64,000 bases of DNA from Setoptus koraiensis (taxonomy: Eukaryota; Animalia; Arthropoda): the NCBI GenBank assembly GCA_048013815.1, contig CM106585.1:23994001-24058000 (forward strand). The letters are read 5' to 3'. The translations under genes and the position numbers were made by a program. The notes under the pieces were generated by a model. The model did no database searches. It saw only the letters and a list, made by a program, of their open reading frames with translations, and had not been told where the DNA came from. Shown here piece by piece: positions 50,901 to 62,571 of the stretch; the stretch's first letter is position 1, and each line of letters begins with the position of its first letter.

Positions 50901-51228
50901 TTGTTATCACCTCATTAATTGTGTAATTCGGCAGCATGCTGATCTTGCATTCTTTGTTGACAGCAAGCTTGTCATCATTACCTGTCGCGTATTGAATGTT
51001 GGAATAAGCATCCAAGTTTATATTCATGTCCATATGATGCAGATCATCATCGTCGTCTTCTTGGTTTTTGTGACATTTGTAGTTACTGTTTGTAGTAGCA
51101 TTTTGAATATTAAAGGCTGACATTGATGCCGATACTGTTGCTGTCAATTTGGCTGCTTGCTGTTGGATTGCCTCGTTAATTTTGTCGGGCAACGAGCTCA
51201 TCGAGGTGGCACTCAGTTTTGCCAGCAT
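47950..51228 (-). CDS. ABCG-family half-transporter (NBD-TMD order), about 1092 aa, single exon
   Basis: Walker A GPSGAGKS, Q-loop IVPQDD, signature LSGGQYKRVSIA, Walker B IILDEPTSGLD and H-loop TIHQP. These are followed by an ABC2-type membrane domain (FPSDMHVLIKEYRNGWY...YFIARTLVDLP; FALSGFV). First ATG is at 51228; the track start at 51276 is TTG. Subfamily resembles ABCG1/4 but the orthologue is not resolved. Confidence 0.92.
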   Translation of the reverse strand: MLAKLSATSMSSLPDKINEAIQQQAAKLTATVSASMSAFNIQNATTNSNYKCHKNQEDDDDDLHHMDMNINLDAYSNIQYATGNDDKLAVNKECKISMLPNYTINEVITKQQQQQQQDAQEQETLLSTISDNYNSDQMSFSIEWRDLTYYWQPSLLDMVNGSSRWASRNKTKKLLLRSLDGSFKSGELSAILGPSGAGKSTFIDCLFGKKQDNALGETRVQWYEPASGKLSNYRRTLNVAIVPQDDHLLDHLSVLESLMFASKIKNRFKSDKQVNNNNKKLSTTNQINNYHRANVQTVVDQLQLNECLSTRCHKLSGGQYKRVSIAQELLSNPDVIILDEPTSGLDALTCYNTVLTLKRLIKTLPIAIILTIHQPDTDVFNLFDHVYVIAQGGVAIYEGPPDKLPQRMTSVGLSVPKHYNPARFVVENAFLRTRASDGADNHDNADNYNNADNCNNSPQSHNRLNILRELNYLQKQQYGTTNMLLSYSHPVDHLVENKQTKQQKQHKQLASSNECLGKRGATRFGSGSCQTASSGDDDTDTDYNNHSDYASLRLVATPTSDKTAPSSGGNTNDVTNVCSGLSTLASTSSRSSASSSSAASTSSHDSCLSSTNNNNNNNKQLIATDSYLEQVPQHNDCDNNDDDATKVYNKCTIITGRQNLEGATSAPSKCVPSKQGWLDGKLDSGADEPASMRDFDKCLSAKYICSKRRYDTCYHAYQLSCRTWLSKVRDPVFFGIQLTMHTCIPIMLAMIFGRTSIDSCPQLGGFDLVEFAYSSDENDLIGATLTSIRSSISNIGIIFLETFVLCFAINCITALVFPSDMHVLIKEYRNGWYNSLSYFIARTLVDLPIPLVLHTMAMAILYYATGQPSSYLEWRFFTLNGLVILASLIAQSSGLIVGALLMKSPQSAVLCSAAIVAPVFALSGFVTRVHTLTWVPRLFAQLISYLFHLLNGLIVARYGFNVCHCEEEDFYNNGGHKIPEHLKTTVSMWIGTYSNEYLNDTDLQQFAIKHNRTTTNVDPNIDVVDKMLSALTKAKTFGQHISQCQQVAPYAMIEFDLKDSDLWYSFGALALMLVIIRIVTFVTIYFKIRARV

Positions 51229-51524
51229 TGTGAATGATTCAAACTGGGCTCTAGTGAGACTATTTGAGCAATTCAAGTTGCACCAATTAGTTGAGTATGT
51301 GCTAGTGATGATTTAGAATGAGGATAATCTGTGTTGATAATCTAAAAGAATGAAGAACAATTGATCACATAAGTATGAACAGGGCGCGAGAGAGCAACTC
51401 GAACATTACGTAATAATAATAATAATAGCAGCAATGACAGCCGACAGTAGAGAATCCTAGAATTACAAATAATAACTACAGTTGAAGTACTGGACCACTA
51501 GAGGCAACTACAAGTGGCCGGCTT

Positions 51525-51614
51525 TTGTTGCTGTTGCTGTTGTTGCCGTTGCCGTTGCTGTTGTTGACGTGTCAGAAGCGCCACTATTGTTGACGTTGCC
51601 GTTGTTGTTGCTGT

Positions 51615-51649
<35 letters not shown>

Positions 51650-51659
51650 TTGTTGCTGT

Positions 51660-51694
<35 letters not shown>

Positions 51695-51734
51695 TTGTTG
51701 CTGTTGTTGCTGCTGTTGTTGTTGCTGCTGTTGT
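51525..51734. repeat. Long imperfect (GTT/GCT)n trinucleotide tract upstream of the ABCG gene
   Basis: Read directly; explains the poly-L and TTAATT pseudo-ORFs at 51482-51746. Confidence 0.9.
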
Positions 51735-54700
51735 AGGCGCTGCCACTGGATTGTTTGCTGCTGTTGTTATGTTATAAGCTGATGACCATTAGATAGAAAC
51801 AGTATGGTTTTTAGACGACACAACAGGCACAATGACGATGACGAGCATTATTTTTGACGATAGTGTACGGACGAGTGAAACAGGTGAGTAAATAATAAAT
51901 TTTGTCTAGTTGGTCAATGCCGTTGCTCGGTATAAGTAGCAACAGCGGCTCGTTGTAGCGGCACCAGTGGTAGTAGCGTTAATCACAGTCATCGTGATTA
52001 TGTTGTTGCGTAACTGTTGTTGTTGTTTCTGCTAGTTTAACTGTTAGTTGTTGCACTTGTTCTTCTTCTTCCTCAATTCTCTATTTCTACTCTGGGCAAA
52101 TTAACGCTCTCTTTTTCTCAGATTGTCTCTAGTTGTCGCCAGAGACCAACGAATGTGCTGCGCTTTTATTTATTTATTCTAGCTCCGTTTGAATCTGTCG
52201 TGACTTTAATCTTTGCTCAAATGTGACCAAGCTACTTTGTGTAAAATAAGTTTGTGTAAAATACAGTCCACATACAAAATACAAGAAAAACTAGATTGGA
52301 TCTTTCAGCTAATGCCAGACGTCGAGACCATAATGCTCTATTTATATATTTATATAAACTTTATTTTGTGAACTGTCTATCTAGTGGTAATGTTGCAAAG
52401 TTGCACTTGTTGTCAGTGGAGCTTGATGATATTTGAATGAGCTAGATGGATATTGGTTGAAGTTGTGCACATTCGAGCCGATTTTGTTTGTCGTTGAGTC
52501 GAGCTGTTGCCTCTAACATTGGCTGTTGTTGCTGTTGCTGTTGTTGTTGTTGCGGCTGCTGTTTGCTGTTGCTGGCTTGTGCCGTTTTTTCCATAAGAAT
52601 CAACACACAAACACACCCTCTTATACAATTTGTCTCTACAATCAGTCGTGAATCTTGTCAGTCATCTAGCAGATGAGACAGCAAGATAACATCTGACAAG
52701 ATTTTCCATTTTGTATCATAGATGCAGCGTTATATCATAGTTGCCCAATTAACCAACATTGACATTGACACTTTGACTGGCTGAACAAAGTCAATGATTT
52801 TGCTTTATGATTAAGATTCACACAGTCAAGTGTTTAGGCAACACATTCGTTTTAGCTCGTTTAACCCTTTATAAACAAACGCAGTTTTATTGGGGCGGAA
52901 ATTGGTGACATGATATTGGCTCACAATTTGCTCTAGGATTTACTCACAATTGTCAGTCGGTGTTCAATCTACATTTGAAGGCCATTTTTCTGCTGCAGTT
53001 TTAGTTCATAGTACAACAATTGTGCTCGCCACCAAGCGACAAAAAGACGATCCGACGAAATTACGATGAAACAAGGAGAAAAACAACTAAAACTGAATCA
53101 TCACTTGTTCTTGTTTGTCTCGTTGATGCGCCAATATCACCAATATGCGCTAAAGTCAAATATACTTTTTATTGTTCACAAAGAGAAAACAAGTGCCATT
53201 TGTTTAAAGTGCAAATATCACATGAAATAATATTTATGAATATTTTGGCGATAGGTAATAGCAAACCAAGGTCACACACCAGAATATACTCCATTATACG
53301 TGACGCAATAATTCTTTTTATTTGATTTCAATCTATCGGTATTCGGTTGGCTGTGATGGAAATATGCAAGCACACTTGTGATAGAGCTACTCTGATTGCC
53401 AAGAGTTACTCAAGAATCTCGTCAAGTTTATTACTACCTCAACCACTTGAGATGGCTTCAATTGATTCTGGCACCAATAAAAGTCTGTGGCAAGATCGAA
53501 TGCTGGCGAACAGTTGAGAGTAAGTTTGACGATACAAACACAATGAGTCTGTCTCATTCGAAACTATTGAGCCAGCAGCTATGGTAATTTATCCAGCTAT
53601 GATTGTATTGTATGGTCAACGATTCGTTCGAGCCCCCGACAGTCGCCTTGCATCGCTGCACAAGAATGGCTGCTCGTTCAATTAAAACAATCGCTGCTCA
53701 GTTTGAAACTAGTTTAAGTTGTTTCTCCTCTGACAAGTGTCGCTCGTTTCAACTGATTTCCGCCAATTTGAGGTGCCGCCTGATAATTCAACTGATAAGT
53801 TTAAGTCAACTGATAATTCTGCAGGTAAATTAAATACATTGTATTTAATTCCCATGTTTATAGTTTATTTTTATCCAGCGTTCTTCTCTTGTTGTGTCAT
53901 TATGTCGATAAATCAACTTGATATACTAATTAAGCCTTGCAAGTCTGTTGCAAGTAATTAGCTTATTTACTGACACGAAGAAACACATATATTAATAATC
54001 ATTGCTTTTATTTATTGATTCATTTGACTTTTGTTCTCCAACGACCTTCATCTCTCCTTCATATCAAATGGCCTTGAAGATAACACGCACAAACAACTTG
54101 ATTACATGACGATTTCATGAGAACTTATCATTGGGAGAGGTGCGCGAACAGAGTTACCATTGCACTTGTCGTTTCTCAAGTGGCGACACTTCTCGATGGC
54201 AGAATTACTTGTAATTATCATCATTACGTTCACTCTTTATGTAACGTACTCACAGAATATCCACAAAACCAGACGCATGATTAAATTAAATCATCCAAAA
54301 TAGATACACTATGTTTCGACATGTTTCACGTAACAAGTTTATATCACCTTCATAATGTGAACCTGCTACCATTTCACCATATACGCTACCATTGTTAGCT
54401 TAGAACCAGTGTCACCGACAGCAAGTCATGCATTGTAATGAACTGACACTAATCACGATCGTTACTCGTCTGCACACTTTGGTATCATTAGGTTCACTTT
54501 AAAGCGATTTATTCGTTAGCAACTATCATTATTATGTCGTCTGTGCGTTACTCTTTTATCAATTGAGATGTCATATTTCACGATGAGCCATTATTGATAT
54601 ATGAGCAGACTAATGCTGGATAACAAGCCAGTGCTAGCTGTTGCTATTTTTGTAATCGGAAGTGGGTTCCAAAACTTGTTTTGAGACGCGGTTTGAGAGC

Positions 54701-55546
54701 CAGAATGCGGTTTTCATTGTCAGTGAGTGTCTGGTATGTTTAATGAACACTTTTCAAAGTTTAACAAGAAGCTCAAGTCGTCGATTTGTCGCAATAAGTT
54801 AGCCATTGACTTGCGATTCGCAAGTTGTGATCGCATCAAGCTGTGACACATACACGTAATACATGTAAACGCATAATTGCCGTTGGATGCACAAAGAAAA
54901 TTCCTTTTACTGTCAGCTCAACAATTGTTTTGTGTTTTATTTGTGATTGTGTTGTCGTGATGGCTGTAAAGATGGTCAAATGGATGCAAATTATTATGTA
55001 ACTAATGCCATGTCAAGTGTTTTTAATCCATGTCAAGATAAACAGAGACAATGTTAGTCTAACACGAAGACGGCTGCAATACAATGCTGTTATTATGCAA
55101 GGAGCCCAGGCACAGCAACACAAGCGCTTGCTGATTCTGACAGATAGACACTTGTCTGATCAACAAGGTCATTGACGATGAACAAAGCAAACAACAACAT
55201 CAATACGACAGCGTCATATATAATAATGATTATGCCATCACCGAGCAGACCTGTCATCTGGCAACACGCTGCCAGATTACACATCATGATAGAGTGATTA
55301 TACTGCATGAATACAGTGTTATATTGTATTATATAGATGGCTGCTCATCTGTCTGTATTAGCTATTAAACGATGATGAGATTTGACTATTGATTGGCAAG
55401 ATATTTGATGGGGTGCATCGGTGGTTGTTGGCTAACAGCACAACATTTGTTGGATGTTGTTGTTGTTGTTGTTCATATGATCATTATCATCGGCGAGCTG
55501 ATCGTCATGTGATCATCGGCAACAACAACGAATGTAAATGCGCATT

Positions 55547-55605
55547 GTTGATCTTGCTGTTGATCTTGCTGTTGATCTTGCTGTTGATCTTGCTGTTGAT
55601 CTTGC
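55547..55605. repeat. 12-bp minisatellite (GTTGATCTTGCT)x5
   Basis: Five tandem copies read directly. Confidence 0.88.
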
Positions 55606-57033
55606 AGCAGGGCTTCACTTTGCTCGATTCACTTCATTGCCACTAACAAACTTGTTTGTTTAAACTCTCAATTTGTTCTCTCTTGCCATCATCATACCGT
55701 TTGACTTTACCTGTAACAATTAAACATTCCGTTTTATTTTCCGTTTCGAGGTCGGGTTCAATGATCGTGAAATCGTTAGTTCAATAGTGGAAAACTCCTG
55801 TTGATATAATTGTGATCATTTGATGGGCACAGTCAAATGTTCGTTGCAAGTTGCAACTTGAAATCGATCGTTGATTTTTCCATTGCATTCCATTCCGTTA
55901 ACAACCCTTGTTTGTGTGTCTGCAAACAATACTCATAAAAAATAAAACAACCGATAATTGTTCAGTGGTAAATCACACACACACCAGCCATTCATACAAA
56001 CACCACACTTAACTGGTGGCGAGATCGATACAAATTAATGATGCAGTCAGCGTAGGCCATCATGGATCAGCAGGCTGTGTCGCTCGTGAGCATGCTGTCA
56101 CACTGTTTGGTGCAAAAAACAAACCGACGATACATCTCGACCCTTATTTGCCTGGCTCCAATCGGTGAGCAATGGTAGAGAATAAGAACTGGCCGCTGAC
56201 AAGTCGCAGGATAAGTTTGATTGTCTGTCGGGCCGCTGACAATCTTGTGAGTGTGTCGAAGGGCCAAATGTAATCACCACTGTTGAACAGTTTTAAATCG
56301 ATGGGTGACTGGCGGACGCTGGCTCGTACAGTCATTAGTTGGTGACACGAGTTGACGTGCCCCTTCGATGCGTTCACCCATATTCTGTGGGCAGCTAACA
56401 TCCGGCTAACAATCTTGCCAATATCAGGCTCTCCAACTTGATCATCTCACCTATTATTGATAGGCTATCAAGCATGCGCACAAATATATCGATGATCGAG
56501 CACAATTTTCACTAATCAATATTAGTTTGTAATGCATGCAATAATGTCACATAAACAGCAATGCAGTGGCACAAATATATCAAGTACAATAGTCTCCTAA
56601 CAAGTAAGTAAGGGTTACATTATGTAACTCATACCATTATACTTTTACTTTAGGGTGTAACAATCGCGTCGCTCCGTCATCGAGCCTAGTTCTGTCCTTG
56701 GCGCTATGTAACGATATGACAACATGTGTGAAATGAATTAGTCGCTATTGTACTTGATATATTTCTGCGCATGATTAATCTTGTTTCTTTCCCCATAATC
56801 AGGTTAGACAAGTGATATAACATCACATGTAAATTTATGGCAACAAGTGTACGATGACTATAAATACTATGTAAAACACACAAGGTATCTGTTACAATTA
56901 AATATACAGTCACACAACTTGTAGTCATCAATAATCAAGTCTAATTATAATTAGAATAATAAAATTTACAGTAGTCACCACGTTATATTAAAATAATTGT
57001 ATCAAGATTAACTAACACTAGTATTCTGTTAAC

Positions 57034-59571
57034 ATGGCCACAGAGGCACATTTACGAAAACAAATTTCCGTTCGTGGCATTGCTCAAGCCGAAAATGTCA
57101 GCGACATCAAGCAATCATTCAATCGCCATTTACATTGTACTCTAGTCAAGGATAGAAATGTTGCCACCCAACGCGATTACTACATTGCCCTCGCCCACAC
57201 CGTCAGAGATCACTTGGTTTCTCGTTGGATCAGAACTCAACAACAATATTATGAAAAGAACCCCAAACGAGTCTACTACCTCTCACTCGAATATTACATT
57301 GGCCGTTCGCTATCTAACACCATGATCAATATCGGCATCGGCTCATCGTGCGATGAAGCCCTTTACCAACTCGGTTTGGATATTGAGGAGCTCGAAGACC
57401 AAGAACAAGACGCCGGTCTAGGTAACGGTGGTTTGGGTAGGTTAGCGGCTTGCTTTCTTGATTCGATGGCCAGTCTTGGCATACCAGGTTATGGTTACGG
57501 TATAAGATACGAATACGGTTTGTTCGCTCAAAAGATAAGAAATGGTGAACAAGTTGAAGAGCCCGATAATTGGTTGAGATTCGGCAACCCGTGGGAGAAA
57601 GCAAGACCAGAATACCTGCTGCCCATTCAGTACTACGGACGCATCGATGATGACGGGCAATGGGTTGATTGTCAGCTGGTATACGCTATGCCATACGATT
57701 ATCCTGTACCCGGTTATCGAAATGACTATGTGAACACGATGCGATTGTGGTCCGCCAAGTCACCCAACGAGTTCAATTTAGGCTTCTTCAACAGTGGCGA
57801 TTACATCCAGGCTGTTCTAGATAGGAATTTGGCTGAGAATATCTCGCGAGTTCTCTATCCCAACGATAACATATTCGAGGGCAAAGAGTTACGGCTGAAG
57901 CAGGAGTATTTCTTGTGCTCGGCCACACTTCAGGATATTGTGCGACGTTTCAAAAATCAAAGCAAGGCTGCCATGAAAAGAAAGGATAAAAAGTTGACTA
58001 ATGGTGACGCTCATCACGTAGATTTCTCTAATTTTGCCGAGTCTAACGCTATTCAGCTCAACGACACTCATCCATCGCTGGCGATACCAGAGCTTATGCG
58101 CATCTTGGTCGATTTACAGGGAATGGAGTGGGACAAAGCCTGGAAAATAACCGTCAACACTTTTGGCTATACCAATCACACCGTGTTACCAGAGGCACTC
58201 GAACGATGGTCGTGCAGTATGCTCGAGTCCATCTTACCAAGACATCTTCAAATTATTTATCGCATCAATTCGGAGCACTTGAGTAAGGTAGAGAAAATGT
58301 GGCCCGGCGACCTTGACAAAATGCGCATCCTTTCTCTGGTTGAAGAAGAAGATGAGAAAAGAATCAACATGGCCAACTTGTCGATCGTGGGATCTCACAA
58401 AGTTAACGGAGTAGCCAAGATACACTCTGATATACTCAAACGTGATACCTTTAGATGGTTTTATGAAATGGACAAATCAAAGTTCATCAACGTCACGAAC
58501 GGAATAACGCCCCGTCGCTGGTTGGTACAGTGTAATCCTGGTCTCAGCGACCTGATAGCTGAACGCATTGGTGAGGATTGGATTACACATTTAGAACAAC
58601 TCAGAAAGTTGGAAAAATACGCCCGTGACCCTACCTTCATAAGAGCTGTCCAAGATGTAAAACTCGAAAACAAAATGCGTCTGGCCGAAATTATCGAGCG
58701 CGAGTATGGCGTTCGAATTAATGTTGGATCCATTTTCGATGTTCACGTTAAGCGCATCCACGAATACAAGCGCCAATTGCTCAATATATTGAGAGTCATT
58801 TACGATTACAATCGGCTCAAAGCCAATCCTTCATTAGCTTACATGCCAAGAACCGTCATGATCGGAGGTAAGGCTGCACCTGGTTACCACATAGCCAAGC
58901 AGATTATTAAACTTGCCTGTAGCGTCGCGAATGTGGTCAATAACGACCCCGACATTGGCGACAAACTTAAACTGATCTACTTGGAGAACTACAGAATATC
59001 CTTTGCCGAGAAGATCGTGCCCGCTTGCGATTTGAGTGTTCAAATATCCACTGCTGGAACCGAAGCTTCGGGTACTGGTAATATGAAATTCATGTTGAAC
59101 GGCGCTCTGACAATTGGTACAATGGATGGTGCCAATGTCGAGATGTATCAGGAGGTAGGAGGAGATAATATCTTCATTTTCGGTATGAGAGAAGAAGAGG
59201 TAGAAGCAGTGAAGGCCAGTCCAGGTGGATACGATGCCCACAAATATTACAATGAAAATCCCGACCTAAAACTAGTCATCGATCAAATCAAGGAAGGCTT
59301 TTTCAGTCCACACAACCCCAATGAATTCAAGGATTTGATCAACGTAGTGATGAACCATGATAGATTTATGGCACTTGCAGACTTCGAAGCCTACGTCGAC
59401 TGCCAAGCAGAGGTAGACGCATTATACAATCAACCAGATAAATGGACTGCCAAGTGCATATTGAATATAGCAGCCTCTGGTAAATTCTCTAGTGATCGTG
59501 CAATATCTGAATACTGTCGTAAAATCTGGGGGGTCGAACCCACTTTTGAAAAGTTACACTATGTACGTTAG
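57034..59571 (+). CDS. GlyP: Glycogen phosphorylase, 845 aa, single exon
   Basis: RKQISVRG (Ser14 phosphorylation motif), [53 protein letters not shown] and [14 protein letters not shown] (PLP-binding Lys). Confidence 0.98.
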   Translation: MATEAHLRKQISVRGIAQAENVSDIKQSFNRHLHCTLVKDRNVATQRDYYIALAHTVRDHLVSRWIRTQQQYYEKNPKRVYYLSLEYYIGRSLSNTMINIGIGSSCDEALYQLGLDIEELEDQEQDAGLGNGGLGRLAACFLDSMASLGIPGYGYGIRYEYGLFAQKIRNGEQVEEPDNWLRFGNPWEKARPEYLLPIQYYGRIDDDGQWVDCQLVYAMPYDYPVPGYRNDYVNTMRLWSAKSPNEFNLGFFNSGDYIQAVLDRNLAENISRVLYPNDNIFEGKELRLKQEYFLCSATLQDIVRRFKNQSKAAMKRKDKKLTNGDAHHVDFSNFAESNAIQLNDTHPSLAIPELMRILVDLQGMEWDKAWKITVNTFGYTNHTVLPEALERWSCSMLESILPRHLQIIYRINSEHLSKVEKMWPGDLDKMRILSLVEEEDEKRINMANLSIVGSHKVNGVAKIHSDILKRDTFRWFYEMDKSKFINVTNGITPRRWLVQCNPGLSDLIAERIGEDWITHLEQLRKLEKYARDPTFIRAVQDVKLENKMRLAEIIEREYGVRINVGSIFDVHVKRIHEYKRQLLNILRVIYDYNRLKANPSLAYMPRTVMIGGKAAPGYHIAKQIIKLACSVANVVNNDPDIGDKLKLIYLENYRISFAEKIVPACDLSVQISTAGTEASGTGNMKFMLNGALTIGTMDGANVEMYQEVGGDNIFIFGMREEEVEAVKASPGGYDAHKYYNENPDLKLVIDQIKEGFFSPHNPNEFKDLINVVMNHDRFMALADFEAYVDCQAEVDALYNQPDKWTAKCILNIAASGKFSSDRAISEYCRKIWGVEPTFEKLHYVR

Positions 59572-59680
59572 AAAGCATTTTAAGTATATTCAGTTTTATG
59601 TTTGAAATACTCATGATTGCTAGTTATTGATAATAAACAAGATTTTTATTCAATTCTACTTAAAAATACAATTCATTTCA

Positions 59681-61222
59681 TCAAGTTTTAAAAGATAATT
59701 TACTTGAATGGCTAGTCAACTCAGACAAATGCATCGGCTCGATCTTAGCTCCCAATTTTGTCACTACTCGTGGTTTGGTAATTTCACGGAACGACAACTG
59801 ATCTCTGAATGAACCACTTACTGGCTCACTTATTCTATCAGCCAGGGCTTCTTCCGATTTGAAGGGGAACGGCAACTTCTTCATTGCGTACTGCTTTATA
59901 TTTCCATCGACCACCTCTGATATAATCACATTGCCCATCGTACTATCGCGACGGTTAACTTTCTTTGCCTTAACGGTGAGTCTCTCTTTTTTCTTCTTAT
60001 TCTCTACTATCCCAGGACCGGCCCATTCATTCCAGCCAGGCAAGTAAAGGTCGAGATCTTTCGGTTGTTCAGCGTCTTCCACCTCCTTCTTTTTTGCATC
60101 GAACTCTTTGACAACATCGTCATCGGCGAAAGCTTCGCTGATCAGTTTGCGTTGTTCATTATCGTTGTCATCATCATCATTATCACTGTAAACTTCCATG
60201 GCTGTCAGATTACTCATTTCTTTGCTGTCTAATGATTTTCTACTCCTTTGTTCGTAAGTTGGTGCAGTTGGGAAAGGCTCATCGTTTTGTTCCTCGAAAT
60301 CATCTTCCATTTGTTCCTCTTCATCTTCTTCTTCTTCTTCTTCTTCAGCTTCGACATTTTCATCCTCTTGATCGCTATCACTTTCTTCACTATCGGACGA
60401 ACTGTCATCAGAATTCCTTGATTTCCTAGGTCTAGAACTGTATTTCTCCGAGAGAGCTTGCTGATCCATGATAGCCTGACGAGCGTTCTTGTCATACTTG
60501 GCCTGGATCTTGGCATGCTTAGCCCATTTGGAAGTTTTATGTTTCAGAGTGGCCCGCTCATGGGCTCTCAACTTCTCCAATTTTTGAATCTCACTTATAA
60601 TATTAGCACCGGTGTCTATTTTCTTACTTTCAATTCTTTTGCGTTCATGTTTAAGTCGCCGATGGTAGGATTTGGATTTGATGGCTTTTTGTCGTTTCAT
60701 CTTTGCTCCATAGTGACTAACTAGGGCACGCATCTTCTGCAATTCGGTATGCCTTTCTTTCGCCTCCTCTAAGCTGATGGACTTGAGAAATTTCTCCTCA
60801 GCCTTTGTGAATTCGCTTTGGTCATCGAGGTAGTCGGAATCTTTTTTTAGTATTTGATTTGTCGCAACTTCCAAATCCGTTGATGGTTTCATATTTACAA
60901 GAACATCTCTGGGTGATGGAAGAGTTCTCGGTTCTTCGTTTAGGGGAAATTGGAGCTGCCTGGAAGTGGCCCTTTCTTTGACAATACGATCCCATTTTGT
61001 GACTTGTTTTGTGGCCTTGCTATAATTGAGCTTTCTTTCGATTAACTCACGCTCATTTGATTCCAATGGTAGCTCAACAACTTTCTTTTTGGTGAGTTTT
61101 TTCAGTTTTTTCTCAATCTCTTTCTTCTTGTCTCCTTTGATGGACTCGACCATTTGGGCCAGTCCAACACGGCGCCCATCGGATGGCTTTTTGGTCTTCA
61201 CCTTCTTCACTTGATCGTCCAT
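59681..61222 (-). CDS. UTP14: U3 snoRNP-associated protein 14 (SSU processome), 513 aa, single exon
   Basis: VELPLE...IERKLNY...VTKWDRIV...QLQFPL; KMKRQKAIKSKSYHRRLK; RAHERATLKHKTSKWAK; FADDDVVKEF...KDLDLYLPGWNEWAGPGI; PFPF; PRVVTKLGAKIEPM, all Utp14-family motifs. Confidence 0.92.
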   Translation of the reverse strand: MDDQVKKVKTKKPSDGRRVGLAQMVESIKGDKKKEIEKKLKKLTKKKVVELPLESNERELIERKLNYSKATKQVTKWDRIVKERATSRQLQFPLNEEPRTLPSPRDVLVNMKPSTDLEVATNQILKKDSDYLDDQSEFTKAEEKFLKSISLEEAKERHTELQKMRALVSHYGAKMKRQKAIKSKSYHRRLKHERKRIESKKIDTGANIISEIQKLEKLRAHERATLKHKTSKWAKHAKIQAKYDKNARQAIMDQQALSEKYSSRPRKSRNSDDSSSDSEESDSDQEDENVEAEEEEEEEDEEEQMEDDFEEQNDEPFPTAPTYEQRSRKSLDSKEMSNLTAMEVYSDNDDDDNDNEQRKLISEAFADDDVVKEFDAKKKEVEDAEQPKDLDLYLPGWNEWAGPGIVENKKKKERLTVKAKKVNRRDSTMGNVIISEVVDGNIKQYAMKKLPFPFKSEEALADRISEPVSGSFRDQLSFREITKPRVVTKLGAKIEPMHLSELTSHSSKLSFKT

Positions 61223-61713
61223 GGTAATTGATTTGGGTTGAGTAGACTTTAGTTAATTGTGGTTGCTCAATTGAATTGTCTTGACCGCAACCAAATGAAA
61301 AATGTGGAAAACACGTTTTTACTTTTTTTCTATTCAAAAATGCGCCAGATTTGAACTTTATTGAATTTCAAACTTGTGATGATCTCGCATCAGAGGTCGC
61401 CTCTTCAGAAAAAATGCAGAACGTCGTTTCATTCAAGTTATTGACCAATTAAAGTGTCAATTTTCGAGAAGAATTTGGTGCCATGGGGCTCGATAGAGGG
61501 ATCCCCTTCTTACCTGCGTCCAGCTCTTTCTTTCGTTGGAGACAAGCTCTCGGAAGACTTGAAAATATTTTTCTGCGTCGTTTCAGAGACGACCTGGGCA
61601 ATATTGCCAATATTACTACTATCAAGTTATTGTCTATTTGAAATAGTAAAGAAACAAACATTCATTAGTGGAATTGGATTGCCTAGGAACGAGGCAAAAA
61701 TTTATTGATAAAC

Positions 61714-62571
61714 CTAAGATACTTCTTCTCGTCCACCTAGGCTTAGGTGTGTGAGCAACATGTCAATCTTTGGAGGTGGCCTTATGTACAGCCTAAGTAT
61801 TGAATTGCAGACTGCCGTAACATTCTCTTGTGTTACATCGAATAATCCGAACCAGGGCTGATCTTCACTAGATTCGGGGAAGGGTCGCTTTAAAATAAGT
61901 GCCGCCAAATGAAGACAAGCACATGTTATAACTTCACTAGAATATTCTACGAATACGCTAGTCCTGAGACTGTCATTCATGTAGTTCCAGGCGTACTTTA
62001 ACAGTCGATTGTTGTCATCTTCAGTCCATATACTATGATCACTATCTAATACATTGATTATGGCTTTTAGATAATTAACAAGAATCTTGTGCGGATAATT
62101 ACTGCGAACGCAAAAGCCAAGATTCTTTAATAATCTAGTTTCGGCATTTATAACTCTTGCTTTAATCCTTTCAAAATCACAACCATTGTAGAAGGTGACT
62201 TTGACTTTTCTTTTGCATGATATAATATATGTAAATACATGGATTACTTCGCGTACTTTGCGTGGACACTCTTCTATTTTAGCAGCTAAAAATAAAGCAG
62301 CCATGGCAGAAATGTCCATCTTGTGATTTTGGAATGAGTATCTACTTGTGTAATAGAGCCTTTGAAATAGCATTTGTGCCAAAGCCATAGCTTTTTGGCG
62401 GAGTCTGAGTAAGATGCCAGCGTTTTGTATGAGATCACAGCCTAAAATTCTGAGGTCCTGTTCTGTTCTACTGTCCATGCCGTCCTTTTGCGATGGTGTT
62501 GATTTCAATCTGTCCTCTGGTAGAACCCAGTTCTCTAAATCGAGCTTGACAATTACCCTGACAGGCGACAT
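61714..62571 (-). CDS. CCNL: Cyclin L (CDK11 partner), cyclin-box region, about 285 aa from the MSPVR start
   Basis: LENWVLPEDRLKSTPSQKDGMDSRTEQDLRILGCDLIQNAGILLRL...AMAALFLAAKIEECPRKVREVIHVF...INAETRLLKNLGFCV...PHK...AWNYMNDSLRTSVFV match cyclin L. The extension to 62787 in the track starts at a GTG inside a MITE and runs over an intron-like pyrimidine tract (AG at 62592-62591), so it is probably not coding. Confidence 0.88.
   Translation of the reverse strand: MSPVRVIVKLDLENWVLPEDRLKSTPSQKDGMDSRTEQDLRILGCDLIQNAGILLRLRQKAMALAQMLFQRLYYTSRYSFQNHKMDISAMAALFLAAKIEECPRKVREVIHVFTYIISCKRKVKVTFYNGCDFERIKARVINAETRLLKNLGFCVRSNYPHKILVNYLKAIINVLDSDHSIWTEDDNNRLLKYAWNYMNDSLRTSVFVEYSSEVITCACLHLAALILKRPFPESSEDQPWFGLFDVTQENVTAVCNSILRLYIRPPPKIDMLLTHLSLGGREEVS

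Noticed and set aside
52861-52870. TTAACCCTTT, a piggyBac-like left end
   Set aside because: No matching AAAGGGTTAA right end was found in the window.
53622-53648. GTTCGAGCCCC, resembling a tRNA T-loop/B-box
   Set aside because: The T-stem does not pair and no cloverleaf or A-box could be built.
59563-59593. Possible terminal intron in GlyP (TAT|GTACGT ... TTCAG)
   Set aside because: The implied intron is only about 31 nt, and the unspliced ORF already ends at a normal length.
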